Under the pieces are notes generated by a model, which was given only the letters and a program-made list of their open reading frames with translations, was not told the origin of the DNA and did not search any database. The position numbers and the translations under genes are program-made. Source: Blastocladiella emersonii ATCC 22665 (Eukaryota > Fungi > Blastocladiomycota). Taken from it: 64,000 nucleotides of DNA. The stretch is taken from positions 3,720,001-3,784,000 of the forward strand of contig JANHCV010000001.1 of NCBI GenBank assembly GCA_025594325.1, written 5' to 3'. Shown here in pieces: positions 11,595 through 25,495 of this stretch (within the stretch, counting starts at the first letter, position 1; each line of letters opens with the position of its first letter).

Positions 11595-14500
11595 TCAGTC
11601 GAGCGACGGCGCGGGCGCGCGGAACGTCTGGAACGTGCGCGCGCGCCGCTCGCTCTTTTTGATGGGCGCCAGCGGCGGCGTGTGCCACGCGGTGCTCTTG
11701 GACGGCTTGGCGACGTGGAGCGCCGTCTAGACAAGCTCAGCGGTTCAGCAATCTCCCACATAGCATCAAACTCAAACCGCAAGCAAACCAAACGTACCTT
11801 GTTGGCCGGAATCGGCGGCGGCCGCGCGAGTAGTGGGTCGAGCGCGACGTAGACCGAGGGCTCGACGGCGTTGGTCAGCACGCTTAAGTCGCCGTGCGTC
11901 ACGCGCGGGACCGGGAAGTGCAGGATCCGGTCGAGGTAGTAGTCCTCGAAGCGCTCGAACCGCCACAGCTCGCCCTGCGGCTCGGGGCGGCGGTCCTCGA
12001 TCAGCTTTGTGGCGGCGTCGGGCTCGGCCGCGAGGATCGTGTCGAGCGACTTGGGCAGCTCGGTCTGGATCCGGTGCATCATCACGTCGAGCAGGTCCTT
12101 TTCTACGACAATCTCGGTTGGCTGCTTTGCCTGGATGTGAGAGCGGAGGAGAAGTGAAGGTGAGTCACGCGACGCGATCAGGGAGGCGATCAGATGTGGC
12201 GCAGCCACAGCCGACGCGTACCTCTTGCACCACGTCGAGCTCGAGCAGCTCCATGATGCTCTCCTTGAGCGTGATCTTGACACCGTGCCCGCGCAGCGCG
12301 ATCGTGTACTTTTTCTCGCGCGTCGACATGACCAGGCTCGTCTCGATCTGGCCGACCTGGAACGCCTTGACCGAAAAGTGCAGCGTCGCGCTCTTGCCCG
12401 GGCGGATCGAGTGCGCTACCGGAAGGGAGCTGATCACGAACGCCGGATTGTCGGCCGAAGCTGCTGCTGCAGCCGTCGCGGCGGGCGGCGCGTCAAAGGT
12501 GGCGTGGATCGGCACGTCGCCGCGGTTGAACACGACAAACGACTTGGTAATCGGGTGGTCGCACGGGCACTGGCCGAGGTCGACCATGGCGGGCACGTCG
12601 ACGAGCATCGCGCCGCCGACGCCAATGAGGGCCACCTCCTTGAAGTTGAGCCCCTTGGACTCGATGATGAAGCTGCTACCGTACCGGCCAACGGCCGTCG
12701 GCCGGAAAGCGATCTGCACGTCCTTGGTGTCCTTGGCGCCGAGCGTGCCCTGCTGGCAGCTCACTGTGTAGCAGTCGCGCACGTTCGGGATCGACCAGTG
12801 CAGCGGCACCTTGCCCTTGTTGTGCAGCTCGAGCGTCTCGTAGTACGTGTGCCCGATGGCGCACACGCCAAAGTCAAAGTAGTTGTTCTTGAGAACGAGC
12901 TCGGGGAATGCGGCCTTGCCGCGGACCACGACCTGGAACGTGCCGACGTTGGTCACGACGTGCAGCTGCGTGCGCAGCTCGTAGCCGCCCGACGGGTTCC
13001 AGATTACGGCCAGGTTCTCGGTCGTCTCGCCGGCGATCTCGCCCGCCGTCTTGTTGACCTTGATCGGGTACGTGTTCTTGATCTGGAACTTGAGCGGGAA
13101 CTTGCCGTAGTTGGTGATGGACAGCGTCTTGGACGTGGCCTCGAGGACGGGACAGGTGCCGAGGTTGAGCAGCTGGAACTCCTCGTGCCGCACGAGCGCC
13201 TCCTCGCACTCGCCGCGCACGGTGACCGTGTACTGCGCGCTCTGCAGCTCCGTCTTGATGACCAGCGTCTCGGAAAAGTGGCCGACCGTCGACTGGATGT
13301 AGCTGACGCCGATCTGCACCTCCTTGCCGCACGGCACCATGCCCTTGCCGTTGGTGATGTGGAACAGGTGCGGCCGCGACGACTGACGCACCGCGTACAC
13401 GATGTTGACCGAGCCCGTGTTGCGCAGCACGAAGTTGCGCACGGGCCGCGTCGACTTCTCGAACATGCCGAAATCGAGCACGCTGGAGCTGAGCGTCAGG
13501 TTCGCGTAGCCCGAGTGCAGCACGACGGGCAGCGTGTTGACCGAGTAGGGCGAGTTGATGGTCAGCGTCGTGTGCAACTTCATCTCCTTGGTCGGCTTGT
13601 AGATGACCTGGACCATGTTCTCGGAGAAGGGCAGGATCGTCATCTTGGGCGGGACAAACTCGAGCAGGCTCGCGTGCGCGCCCTCGAGCTCGAACGTCAC
13701 CGGGTAGTTGACGTCGCCGACGTTCTTGATCCCTATCTTCTGCGTGTACGTGTTGCCGATGAGGCAGTCGGCGAACTCGAGCATCACCTTGGTCACAATG
13801 AGCACGGCCTCGCGCCCGATGCCCGTGAGCTGGATGTCGTAGCTCTCCGAGTCGTTGCCGACCAGCAGCTTGCCCGGGTTCGGCGCCTCGGTGTGCGGGT
13901 TGAACACGAGCGGGAGCTGGTACGTCTCGCCCGGCTGCACGCTGACGCGGGTCGCCGGCCACCCGGGACCCTTGAAGAACGAGTCGCTCGGGATCAGGTC
14001 GAACTTGGTCAGGTGCAGGATCGCGTTGCCCTCGTTGGCGATGGGCAGGTACGACAGCGTGTCCTTGCCAATCATGCAGTGGCCGAAGTCGAATCGCTTG
14101 TACTTGAACAGCGACATGCGCGACCGGCCGCCCGACCCGCTGATCTTGATGCGGATCGGTTGCGAGCAGTCGGGGATGAACATGCCCGGCAGACTCTGCA
14201 GCGACTCGTCTGTCGGCTCAAACGCAAACTGGATCATGACCGACTGCCCGACCTCGAGGTATCCGCGGTTCGGGAACACGGTCACCGAGCGGTTGCCCTG
14301 CTCGACCACGAACGCAAACGGCTTGCGCCCGACGTTGGTGAAGATGCGGTTGATGACCTCGCGGTGGCCGAGCTGCTGACACCCGAAATCCACGGGTCGG
14401 CTGTCGTTCATGACCACGGACACGAGCTTGGGCGTCGCCGACATGGCGATCTCGTACGGCGGCGTGTTGGGCACGTTCGGGATGCACAGCAGCGTCGCGA

Positions 14501-17500
14501 GGAACGTCTCCTCGGTCGGCAGGTTGGCCTCGACGGTCAGCTCGGCCTCCCCAAAGCCTGGCAGCACGCACGAAGCCGGGTGTACGCGAATGAACGACGG
14601 CTGCTGGTTGAGCATCTGCGACGTCATGGGCGTGTGCGCGACGTTGGCGAGGAAGATCTGGCGCCGCTTCGAGTGGATGCGATAGTTGTTCTTGCGCTCG
14701 TTGGCCGCCTTGCTGTTCGCGCCGCCGCCGCCCGCACCGGCACCGCCGCCCCCACCGCCGGTCTTGAACAGGCCGAACGTGCTCTTGCCCGTGTTTCCAC
14801 CACCACCGCCGCCGCCTCCATTGGCGCCGAGCTCCATGGACGTGTTCATGGACAGGCCAAACGTCGAGCCGGCGCGCGAGCTCGGCCGCGTGCGCTCCTC
14901 GGCCTCCTCGTTCGGGTCAACCGAGCTCACGATGCGGCGCAGCATCCACCAGTAGTCCTTGGCGGTCATCTTGTAGTCGGCGGGCGGCGCGAGCTCCTTG
15001 TTGAACTGGAGCCGGGCCCAGCCGTTGCGCGGGTCAAGCGCGCCAACCGTCTCGTTGAGCTCGACGTACGGGCCCGAGTTGTCGCCGCCGCGGATCAGCG
15101 ACCACCCGAACGTGAGCAGCGCCGGTATCGACCCGCTGTTGGTGATGGCCAGCTTGCGCGTCGCCGTGTGGTGCACGGCCACGTCGTCGAGGACCAGCGA
15201 GCCCTTGTGGCTGATGTTGATGGTGCCGCCCTTGCCGCGGACCTCCATGTTGACCTGCAGCGTGTCGGACGAGATGCACATGTTGCACTTGCTCGCAACC
15301 TGCGTCTTGGCCGTGTACCGGACCGCGATCTCGAGCCCGTGCTTGGGCTTGAGCCGCGCCTTGAAGTTGCTCGACATCTGCCACACGGGCTTCTTGCTCG
15401 GCGGCAGGATGATGGCGAGGAGCTCCTTGACCGAGCACAGGAACGGCTCGCCGACGCCGCCGATGAGGAAGTCGGGGCTCGTTACAAACGCGTCGAAGAC
15501 CACGTCGACGAGGCCGTCGTTGGTCAGGTAAAAGCGCTTTTCGAGCGTCGACTGGACGGGGACCATGCCAAAGTCGATGCAGTGCTGGTCGAGGTCGAGC
15601 TGTGAAGAGAACTTGACGTCGAGCTTGCCCACGCCGCCCGCCGCCTTGACGCTGACGGCGATCGGGCCGTTCTCCCACAGGATGTTGAGCAGGCCCGTGT
15701 ACGAGCTCTCGGACTGCGGCGAAAACGTGAGGATGAGGACGGCGCTGCTGAGCGGCTCAACGTAGCCGCGCTGCGGGGTGATGAGCAGCTCGGGCACGCG
15801 GAACGGCTCGATGAAGAAGTCAATGCCGAACGGGCCCTCGTTGACGAGCTTGAACGAGACCTGGTGCTGCGAGCCGAGCGGGTGGATCCCGAGGTCGATG
15901 AGCGGCGGCTTCTCGGGCGCCTCGGGGAGCAGCTGCGCGCCGAGCGAGTCGAGCAGCACGAGTTTGGACTCGGCGCCGCACCCCGCGAGCTCGATCTCGC
16001 GCACCTCGGTCCCGCACTCGATGCGCATCATGCACCGGACGCGCTCGAGGTCGCGCGGCACAAACTCGATGAAGATGCTCGTCTTGTCGCCCGGCCGGCA
16101 GAAGCCATTCGGGTTGACGACGCGGAACCCGCTCGCGTCGTTGACAATATACGCCTGGAACGGCATGCCGTAGTTGCCCTTGTTGTCGAGCGCGATCTCC
16201 TTCTTCATGACGCGGTTGAGACGGCACAGGCCAAAGTCGAACACCTTGGACGACGGCAGCAGCGTGATGAGCATCTGGCCGCCGATCCCCGTCACCTGGG
16301 TCGTGAGCAGGTGGTGGTCGTAGTTGATCTCGAGCTTGGCCGAGTACGATCGCATGTGCTTGGGCTTGAACATGACGTGCAGCTCAAACTCTTCATCGAC
16401 CTTGGCGCTGCCGCTCACGAGGTTGACCAAGAACGGGTTCAGCTCGTCGGACGGCGCGTCGAACGAGATGTTGAAGGCGAGCGGGATGTTGCCCGTATTC
16501 TTGAGCGTGAACTTCTTGGTGTAGGTGCCCTGCGTCAGGCACGTCCCAAAGTCGAGCGCGGCAAACTGGTCGGCCGGCGTCACGGCGAGCCGCGACACGC
16601 CAACCTTGCCCTTGACCTTGACGAGGAACACGTCGGACCGGCTGTCGGCCGACTTGAGGAACAGCTTGGTGTTGAGCGTCTCGACGAAGATGGGCCGGAA
16701 GATGACCGACAGGTGGTGCGACGATTTCGGCGGGATCACCGGGTCCTTGGTGTTGAGGAAGATGGCCGGGTGGTACGACAGCAGCGAGACCTGGGCCTCG
16801 GCGTCGCCCTTGTTCTCGACGTGGATCAGCTGCACGTTGTCGTTGCCGAAGATGGCCGTGCCGAAGTCGATCTCCTTGGTGTGCACGTAGAGGTCCGGGT
16901 ACCCGCCGATCCCGCACAGCGCGACGTTGATGGACGGGTAGAAGTAGCCCTCGGTCGACGAGTACCGGATCTCGAGCCCCGCGTCGAACGGGCCCGACGT
17001 GCGCGGGCTGAAGGCCACGTCGAGCGTCATGCTGCCGTTCTCGCTGTCAATGACGCCCTGCTCGGGCTCGCAAAAGTAGACGGGGTGGCTGCAGTGCGTC
17101 ATGAACGTGCACGGAATCCCGCCCGAGTTGGTGAGCGTGAGCCGCAGCAGCTTGACCTTGCCGACGCCGAGCACGCTGAAGTCGAGCCGCGTCGCCGACG
17201 CGCTCAGGTGCGCCGTGGCCGCGATCGCGTGGACGTGGAACGGGATCGAGCAGATGCCGGGCGAGGTGAGGACGCACGCCGCGCTGATCTCGCTGTAGTT
17301 GAGGTTCGAGTAGACGACCACGTCAACCGACTCGGAGCGGCCGGGCATGAGGAAGCCGTGGTCGGGGACGAACTGGACGGGGAAGTGGTGGTTGACGTGC
17401 AGGCTCTGCTCCTCCATGGTCTTCGGGTGGTGCAGCGTCAGCTCCTGCACCGCGATGCGCCACTGCATCGGGACCGTCGACGGGTTCGCGACGCGTGTCT

Positions 17501-20500
17501 TGCGCGTGTGGCGGTGCAGCGCGTCGCAAATCCCAAAGTCGATCTTCTTCTCGCTGATCGAGAGCGGGCGGATGCACTCGCCGACGACCTGCACGACCTT
17601 CTCCTCAATGTCTCCGTTGAGCCGCAGCAGCTTGGTACGGATCCGGCCGGCGATTGGCTTGAGCTCGTTGCACTGGACGTGCAGGACGATGATGCACGAC
17701 TGGTTAGGCCGGAGCAGAACCGGGAACACGGACGAGATGGCGGCCACGGTCACGGTGCCGCGGCCGAACACGGACTTGCGGTCGCGGCGGCGCGACATGC
17801 GGCCGGCGATGAGCCGCGTCCCGTTGACCGACGACCCGGGCTGGTCGACCTGGCGCACGTCGACCTCGTCCCAGTCGACCTCCTGCTCGTACGGCGCAAA
17901 CTCGCAGTAGTCGGGGCGGACCATGTCCGCGTCCTGCACGACGTCGAGCGAGAAGATGGTGACGGGGTCGATCTGCATGCTCATGATGGTCACGTCGAGC
18001 GTGCCCGCGTTGACGATGCGGAACTGGACCTCCTTGCGCCGCGACAGCAGCACGCGGCCAATGTCGAGGACGGGCCGGTCGCCGAGCAGGTTGAGCCCGG
18101 TGTCCGTGTGCAGCGCGTAGTGGCCGCCGCGGCCGGCGAGCGGGATCAGCGTGCTCCACAGGTACGCGGCGACGTGGATGAACCCGCTCGTGTACCCGGG
18201 CTTGTTGGGCGCATACGACACGACCTGGAACTCGGCGCGGCCGGGCGGGATGGTGAGGCTCGACTCGGCGAACGAGATGGACGGAATCGGCGAGTAGAAC
18301 TGGATCGGCGCCACGAGCATCTGCAGGTTCTCGACGTGCAGCGGGCGCTCGGTCGGCTGCGACAGGCACGTGTCGGGGAAGATGACCGCGTCCGAGTGCA
18401 CAATGGGCTCGACCTTGCCGACGTCGCACTCGAAGCCGAGCGTGAACGAGAACTTGGGCACCGACGTCGAGTACTTCTGCGTCGAGAACAGCTCGTACTC
18501 GAGCTGGCTGCTGAACCGCCCGGTGCCCGTGGCCTGCAGGTTGATCTCGACCATGACCACCGCGAAGGGTTTCAGGATGAACTTGGAGACGAGCAGCGAG
18601 AAGGGGTTGCGGACCTCGTCGTCGCCCGCGCCCGCGCCGGGCATGTCGCTGGCGCCGCCGATCAGCTTGACCTTACCCGTGGTCGTGGGCGCGTCGTCGG
18701 CGCGCGGGCTGATAACACGGTTGTGGCTCTTGGTCAGGTAGATGCGGCCCTCCCACACGCTCTCGACGGGCAGGCAGTTGCGCAGCGGGATGCGGCGGTT
18801 GACCTTGGACAGGACCTTGGTCGCGGGGAACTGGATCGTCGGCATGTCCTTGCGGACCTCGAGCTGCACCGGGTGCATGGCGACGGCCTGGATCGAGCAC
18901 TGGCTGATCCCGCGCGGCGACTTATCGTCGACGACCGCGAAGAAGCCGAGGAACAGGTCGAACATGCGGTCCTGCGTCGAGTACCGCGGCGGGACCTCGA
19001 CCGTGATGGGAATGTCGAGCGCGCTCAGCGCCGGAATCGAGCCGTCGAGCGGGACCGTGAACTTGATCCACGGCGGCGCGATGATGTGGTAGTTCTGGCG
19101 CTGGCTCGTGACGTTGGAGATGGAGATGGTGCCCTGGCACTGGAACTTGCCGAGCTTGTGGTTGCCGTGCAGGACCAGCGAGCTCGGGTCGATCTCGAAG
19201 CACGCCGCGGGCACGCTGGCCGACCCGTCGTCCTCGATCTCGCCGTTGGGCGCGGGCGCCTTGACGGCGGCCTGCGACGCGAGCAGCGACCGCGCGTCGG
19301 CGAGGAAGCTCTCGCCCGCGACGAACCCGGGCGTCGTGGCCATGGCGTAGATGAGGTGCCGCGAGATGAAGCTGCGCTTGGTCGGCGGCTTGAACGCCGA
19401 CAGCGTGAGCTCGAACACCCACCGACCGGCGCCGATCGGATTGAAGGCGATCTCAACGGGCGCCGTGCCCATGCCCGAGAAGGTGAGCACGTAGCCGCCG
19501 TCGCTCGAGTACGGCTGCAGGTCGATGGTCACAGCCTCGTTGTTGTACGAGCGCACGTCGAGCAGGCGCATGGTGAGCTCGGGCGGCGCCTCGATGAGGA
19601 CCTGCGACTGGCCGGCGACCATGGACACGACGGGGACCACGAGGACGCCGGGCTGGCCGACGAGCGGCGCCATGAAGGCCTCCTCGTGCAGCGGCGTGTA
19701 CAGCGTGCGGCCGGCGGTCGCGCTGACCTCGACGGCCGTGTTGATCCCGAACGGCGCCGTCACCGTGAGCCTCTCGCTCCGCGCGCCGTGGTACGCTGCG
19801 TGGAACTCGATGGGCACCTTGCGGCGCTCGAACGGGTCGAGCGTGAGCGGGGTCGGGACGATGAGTTCGCGCGTCGACGTCACGAACGAGATGGGCAGCG
19901 ACGTGTCGGACAGGTTCTCGAGCAGCAGCGACCGCGACATGGGGCCCCACGTCATGTCGATCAGGCCGAAATCGAGCTTGGCCGTGTGCACGGCGAAACT
20001 CGCGCGCGCGGTGCCGCGCAGCTTGATGCGGTACTCCTCGCCGCTGTCCGTGGACAGGATGAGCGTCTCCTCGTATACGGCGAGCGGGCTGTTGTGCGAC
20101 GGGATGAACTTGATCTTCATCAGCTTCTGCTCCTTGGGCTGGAGAATGAAGTGCGGCGGAACGGCCTAGGTTCGAGCGCGAAGGTCAGCTCGCGTTGCCA
20201 CCGGTGCAGCGGGCGGAAAGCGTACCAGGAAGACGCTGCCTTGAGCGACCGCGAGCGAGCAGTTACACTCGGTGTTGGTCATGTTGTGGACGGGCAAGAC
20301 GAGCGCGCGGACCTCGCCGGGCGTGCACAGGCCAAAGTCGAGCTCGCGCGTCGGACAGTGGATCGCGGGCAGGATAGTGCCGCGGAGCGGGAAGCGGCAC
20401 ACGGGGAACCCGAACCGGTCGCGCACGCGGATGAACCCGTCGACCTCCTGCAGCGACCGCGTCGCGTTCGGTTTCGCGTTGAACGTGAGGACGAGCGGGA

Positions 20501-22261
20501 CGTGGCCCTCGGGCGGCACGATGCCGGCGGCCGGGTGGACGGAGAAGAAGGCCTTGGGCCACACCTGGACGTGGAACGGTGCGGCGTGGTCGGGGCTGCG
20601 GTTGCTGATGAACACGAGCCGCGTGAACGGCGGGCGCAGGAACTGCACCGTCTGGCCGTGCGGGATCGACAGCGCGAGCACGTCGGCCTCCCACACGGGA
20701 TCCTTGGTGTACAGTCGCATCGACATGGGGATCGGGACCGGGTTGAGCTCGGCGTCGGAGTCGGACATGGCCTGCGCGCTCGGCGGCGAGCCGACCGCGG
20801 ACGGCGGCGCGAGGCTGTTGGGTCCGCTGGCGGTCCCCGGGGATGACTGCCGAGTCGCGGTCTCGCGAGACGGAGGCGCGAGCTGGCTAGGCGTGGCGGG
20901 GGCGGACTGCGCCGAGGGTGTCGCGGGCGTGGCCGGCGTCGACGGTGTGCCGGGGAGCAGGCGCGTGAGTCGGATCGCGGGTCCCGGCGGCTCGGGCGGC
21001 GTAGACGCGGTCGCGAGCGTCCGCACGACATCCCACAGCGACGCGAGGTCGTAGGATAGCATGTAGTCGGCAAAGGGGACCGACCTGAGGTCGCGATTTG
21101 GCGGGCGCGTGACCGAGTAGAGGAGCAGCGGCGTAGTCGGGGCGGGGCGGAACCGCTGCAGGACGGTGAGCCACGTTCGCCGGCGGAACACGTAGCCCTC
21201 CTTGTTGGCCGTGTCGAAGAGGTGGTCGGGCAGGGCGCGGATCGTCGCGTCGGCGGGTCGCGGGTACCAGTCGGAGAGGAAGCGCGACAGCGTCACCTTG
21301 CCGCGTGCCGAGTAGGTGGGCGCCGGGATCGCGGCGGAGCTGACGCGGCTCGAGTGGCCCGGCACGGGCTCGAGCTTTTCGGGCAGCTCGTACAGGGTCA
21401 TGATGAGAGGCCGGTACACGGCCTCGACGAGCGCGCGCGTGTGGTTGGTCCGCGGCAGGTGCTCGGTGAGCTGCGCCACGGCGACGGAGGTGACGAGCTC
21501 GTGGATTTCGGGGCGGAGCAGGAGGGCGAAGACCAGCTGGAGCAGCTCCTCGGCGCTCGGCTCGGCAAGGTGCGTGACGGACAGGAAACTCCCGAGCAGC
21601 GAGACGAGGGCGAGCCCGGACTGGACCACGTCGGCCTCGATGAGCGGGCTGCGGTCGTACATGCGCAGCAGTACGTGTGGCAGTTGTTCGAGCGAGGGCA
21701 TGCCGAGCAGACGGTGCATGTGCTCCTTGGCCACCTCGAACGCGAACACGACCCAGCCGTGCGGCACGCACAGGGTGTTGACGAGCGGGTTGATGATCCG
21801 CGCGAGAGCGAGCGCAGCGTAGTCTCGATGAAGCGTGACCTGGGGTGCGGGTGTTGGTGTTAGTGCTTGTGCGGCTCGGGTGCAAGGACGAAGCGCACCT
21901 CGTCACCAGCGAGTACATCAGTCAGCGCGCCGCTCACGTCGAGAAAGTGCTCAACGCGAGTGATCCAGCGCGGTGCAGACGCAGCACATGCGATCATGGC
22001 CTTGAGCGCAGCGGCTCGTGTTGTTGGTTCGGGGGAGGCGATGGTGCGGACGGCAGCCGCAACAGCTGGCTCGTATTCGTCGACAAACATGGATCCCTAG
22101 ACGGAGTTTAGGGGTGAGCATCCTGGTCGGCATCAGCACGCCTCCAGCTTGACACGCACATGGTCATCGTGCAGCGTGGTAATCCATGACCAGTCGATTG
22201 CCTCCTCGGCCACATCGTCAACGGTCCTCTCGAGAGCGCCCAGTTCATGTGTTTCGTCCAT
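11595..22261 (-). CDS. Giant (~3400 aa) ASH/MSP/Ig-like repeat protein of the HYDIN/CFAP47/CFAP65/CFAP74-type ciliary class
   Basis: A 2651-codon exon (12165-20120) plus flanking exons joined by canonical introns. More than 20 repeats of the ASH-type pattern DFG-x-hxhxN(K/T/E)G-x-P-hxF (e.g. LDFGTCLTQGTYTKKFTLKNTGNIPLAF; FDFGVCAIGHTYYETLELHNKGKVPLHW). Inferred start MDETHELG at 22261. Confidence 0.75.
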
Positions 22262-22495
22262 GATGCATGGTGTGTTCGAGATGGTGCGGCAGAGGAGAGG
22301 GCTGCCGAGGCACCTTGCGCGACGACAGCGGGAAAAGGGCGCGCGAAGATCGCGACGCGTTTATCACGTGGCACGGGGAGCGGTGACAGAAGTGGCAGGA
22401 TGCGAGACACTCTCGCGTCGCGACGCGTCTCGCGAACCCCCTCCTATTTTCACGCGCATCCACACGTGGAGGCTTCCCAGCCGAACTGGGCAAGC

Positions 22496-23971
22496 ATGAA
22501 CCTGGACGGCAGCGACCCGCTTCTCCCCCGCAATGATCTACGCGACGATCTCACCCGTTCACCACTGACTGCAATGCCAGGCATCGTGTCCACCAACCCG
22601 CCGAGGGCGCGCAACGAGCAGGGGCTCAAGGGGATCGTGCCGGCCGGCGCTGATCCGAGCGCCATCCCGCTCCCGCCGTCGCCCGACAAGCAGCAGCAGC
22701 AGCAGCAGCAGGCGAGCCCGTCCAAGCATGTTGGCGGCGATGTGAACATCTCGCCGAGCATCAAGGCCGCGTTCCGCACGGGCGCCGTCACGCCCACGTT
22801 CGGCGCCTCGTTCCGCACCGCGACCCGCGACAGCCTCGAGTCCAACAACTCGTCGTACGCCGACGGCGACGGGCACCTTGGGATCGCGCTCAACATGATG
22901 GACGCAACGGCGTTCTCGGTGTTTTCGGCGACCACTGCGATCGTACGAAATCTTCTCGACTTGGCGATGGACTCGTCACTGAATTTCGGTCGCCATGTAG
23001 CGCCGGTCCTCCGAATCCTCACCAACCAAGAGTCCCAGCTCGAGATCGCCTACGCGACCCATCTCGCGCAGCAGCGTCGCCGGTCCTGGTACGTGATCTC
23101 GGCGCTCCTGACCCTCTCGCAACGCGCCGTTGATCATTCGACTCACGCAGTCGTGGGTGTCGTTTCATGAACCTGTCCAGTCCACGAGCAGCCCGAGCTC
23201 GGCCTGCAGCAGCTCGCCACGCACCGCTCTGAGTCTGCGGCGCCGTCCGGGCGCGCGAGTCCCGCAGTGCCAACACCCGCGCCCGCAGCGCAACCGGCAC
23301 CCGCCGCTGCGCCGTCCCAGACGGCCAAGAACGCCAATCCCGCTGCGGCACCGTCCGCGTCCGGCTCGCTCAACGGCAGCGGCGAGCTCAAGCCGCTGGG
23401 CCCGCGTCGCAGCCGCGCGGCGTCGATGCAATCGGAACTCAACCTCGCCGGCCTCGACCTGGCGGCCATGGTCGACACGGCGGCGGCGGACGCAGTCGGC
23501 GACACGGCGGGCGACGACACGGAGCAGGCGTTCCTGGCGCGCGTGATCGGCTGGTTCACGCACCCGATTGTGTACGTGCTCGGGTCGGTGGTGCACATCC
23601 AGTGGGACGCGACGCAGATTGCGGCCGAGGTGCTGCTGCGGTTCTCGGTGGTGCGCGAGCTGCTGCGCGCCATCCTGGCGCCGCCGGGCACCCGCGCGTA
23701 CGCGGTCCTGTTCCGCGCCCTCGAGCTGCAGCTCGGCGCGACCATTGGGCTCGTCGCGTTCGCCGCGATCGCCGTCGGGAGTATCCCGCTGTACCTGACG
23801 TTCCTCGCCGTGTTCGCGCTCCCGCGCGGCGTCGTCCGGTCGCTTCTGCGCCGCGGCCGTGGGAACGGGCATCACGGCCATGGACACGGGTGGCAGCAGT
23901 CGCCGCGCCACCACAGCCATCCACAGCGACACGCGGCGCGCGGCACGGTGCGGGCAAAGAAGACGTTGTAG
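22496..23971 (+). CDS. Hypothetical protein with C-terminal hydrophobic segments; gene model unresolved
   Basis: Two same-frame, codon-biased ORFs separated by TGA 23168-23170 inside an intron-like region. C-terminal part has TM-like segments (LGATIGLVAFAAIAVGSIPLYLTFLAVFAL). Confidence 0.45.
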
Positions 23972-24094
23972 CGATATATGTTCCCCTCACCTCCCACTTG
24001 ACTCGAAACAACGATCCATTTCTTGGCACGCGCAAAGTGATAGCTTATATACAGTTGGTGATGTGATCCAGAGCGAGGGGTGCGAGAGGAAATA

Positions 24095-25010
24095 CTAATT
24101 CAGGGTCGCCGTAACAGGCTTGAGGATGCGGCGGCGCGCGCGGCCGCCGGCCTTGGTCTCGGACGCGGTCGGGCGCGACTTGGCCGTGACCTCGGCGATC
24201 ATCTGGTCGAATGCGTCGCGCGGCTGCGGTGGCGCGGTGGATTCCACGCGCCGCTTCTTGGAGTCGGAGACGAACGAGATGGCCGCCGAGGCGGGTCCCT
24301 GCGACGCGCGCACCGAGGATGACGCCGAAGAGGAGCCCGAGCCCGCGTGCGACGATCGCTGCGTCGACTCGGACAGGGCGTGCCGCTGGGCGAGCTTCTT
24401 CTGCAGGCCGCGGTACATGAGATTTCGCGCGGGCCCGACGGGCTGGTTGTCGAGCCCCTCCTGCCCCGCCATGGCACGCGTCGCGCCGGCCGTCTTGGGG
24501 AACGCCGTGATCTTGGACAGCTCCGACAGCATGTCCTCGGGCACGGCCTCAGGCTCGTCGTCGTCGACCTCCTCGAACTGGTCTGGCGGGTACAGGATCG
24601 CGCGCACGGCCTTGACCTGCTCGATGGACAGCGGGCCGGGGTGCTCGCCCACCATGCGCAGGAGCGCGGCGCGGGCGTCGGCCGTCTCTTTCGGGTCGGC
24701 GCGGGCGTGGCGTGGCCGCGGTGTCGCGGCATCGGACTCGTCGCCGTCCTCGTCCTCGCGCACGCGGCTGCGGATGGGCGAGTCGACGCTGCTCGCGGCC
24801 GGGCGGTAGCCGGACGCTGCGACCGAGGTCACGGCCCGCCGCGCGATAAACGATCCGGGACCACCTGGTTTCGGGGTGCCAGAGCGTGCCGGGGTCGCCC
24901 CAAACTACACCGCACGCGCTCGTGAGTCAGCGCGCGCCGCGATGGACTCGGTCGGTCGGCGACGAGACGGAGGCACTCACCAGATTATTGCTTTGGCGAG
25001 GCTGATACAT
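24095..25010 (-). CDS. Hypothetical protein (2 exons; MYQPRQSNNL start)
   Basis: ATG 25010, GTGAGT...CTGAC...TGTAG intron, then in-frame join to the codon-biased ORF ending at 24095. Confidence 0.6.
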
Positions 25011-25495
25011 GGGATTGCATGGAGTGGTGGGTGCAGCGATAGGGTTGAGGAGATGTGCGAGGGACGGGAAGACGACGGCGAGCAGCGCGGGGAGACGATT
25101 CGAGCCTGATCAGCCCATCACCTGACAGACGCGTGGCCGCTGCTTGTTCGCGAGACGCGTCTCCCGCCGCGCGCGCGCTCGACCGCTCTCACACGCCCGC
25201 CCGCCTTGTCGCGACGCGTCGTTCTTGCCACCGCCGCACGAGCGCGACGCGTGCCTGCGAGCGCCTCCCCGTGCCCCTTCTCTCCCCGACCCCCCTGCTG
25301 GATCGACAGGCAAGCAGGCAAGTCGTGGCCACGCACTCGCACGCGAGGCCCCTCCTCCTCCTTCCATCCCAACGCCGGTGGCTCGGCCATCCACCACCCT
25401 CACTCATTGCACTGGTCGCCCCCACTCCATTCAAGTCTGTGTCGCCGCTGGACCGCGCCTGACTGCCCGCAACGACCACGACGACCACCACCACC

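Noticed and set aside
12225-20846. Very long plus-strand ORFs (1126 aa and 1660 aa) opposite the ASH gene
   Set aside because: Antisense shadow ORFs caused by strong GC3 bias. The translations are Arg/Val/Leu-rich with no domains.
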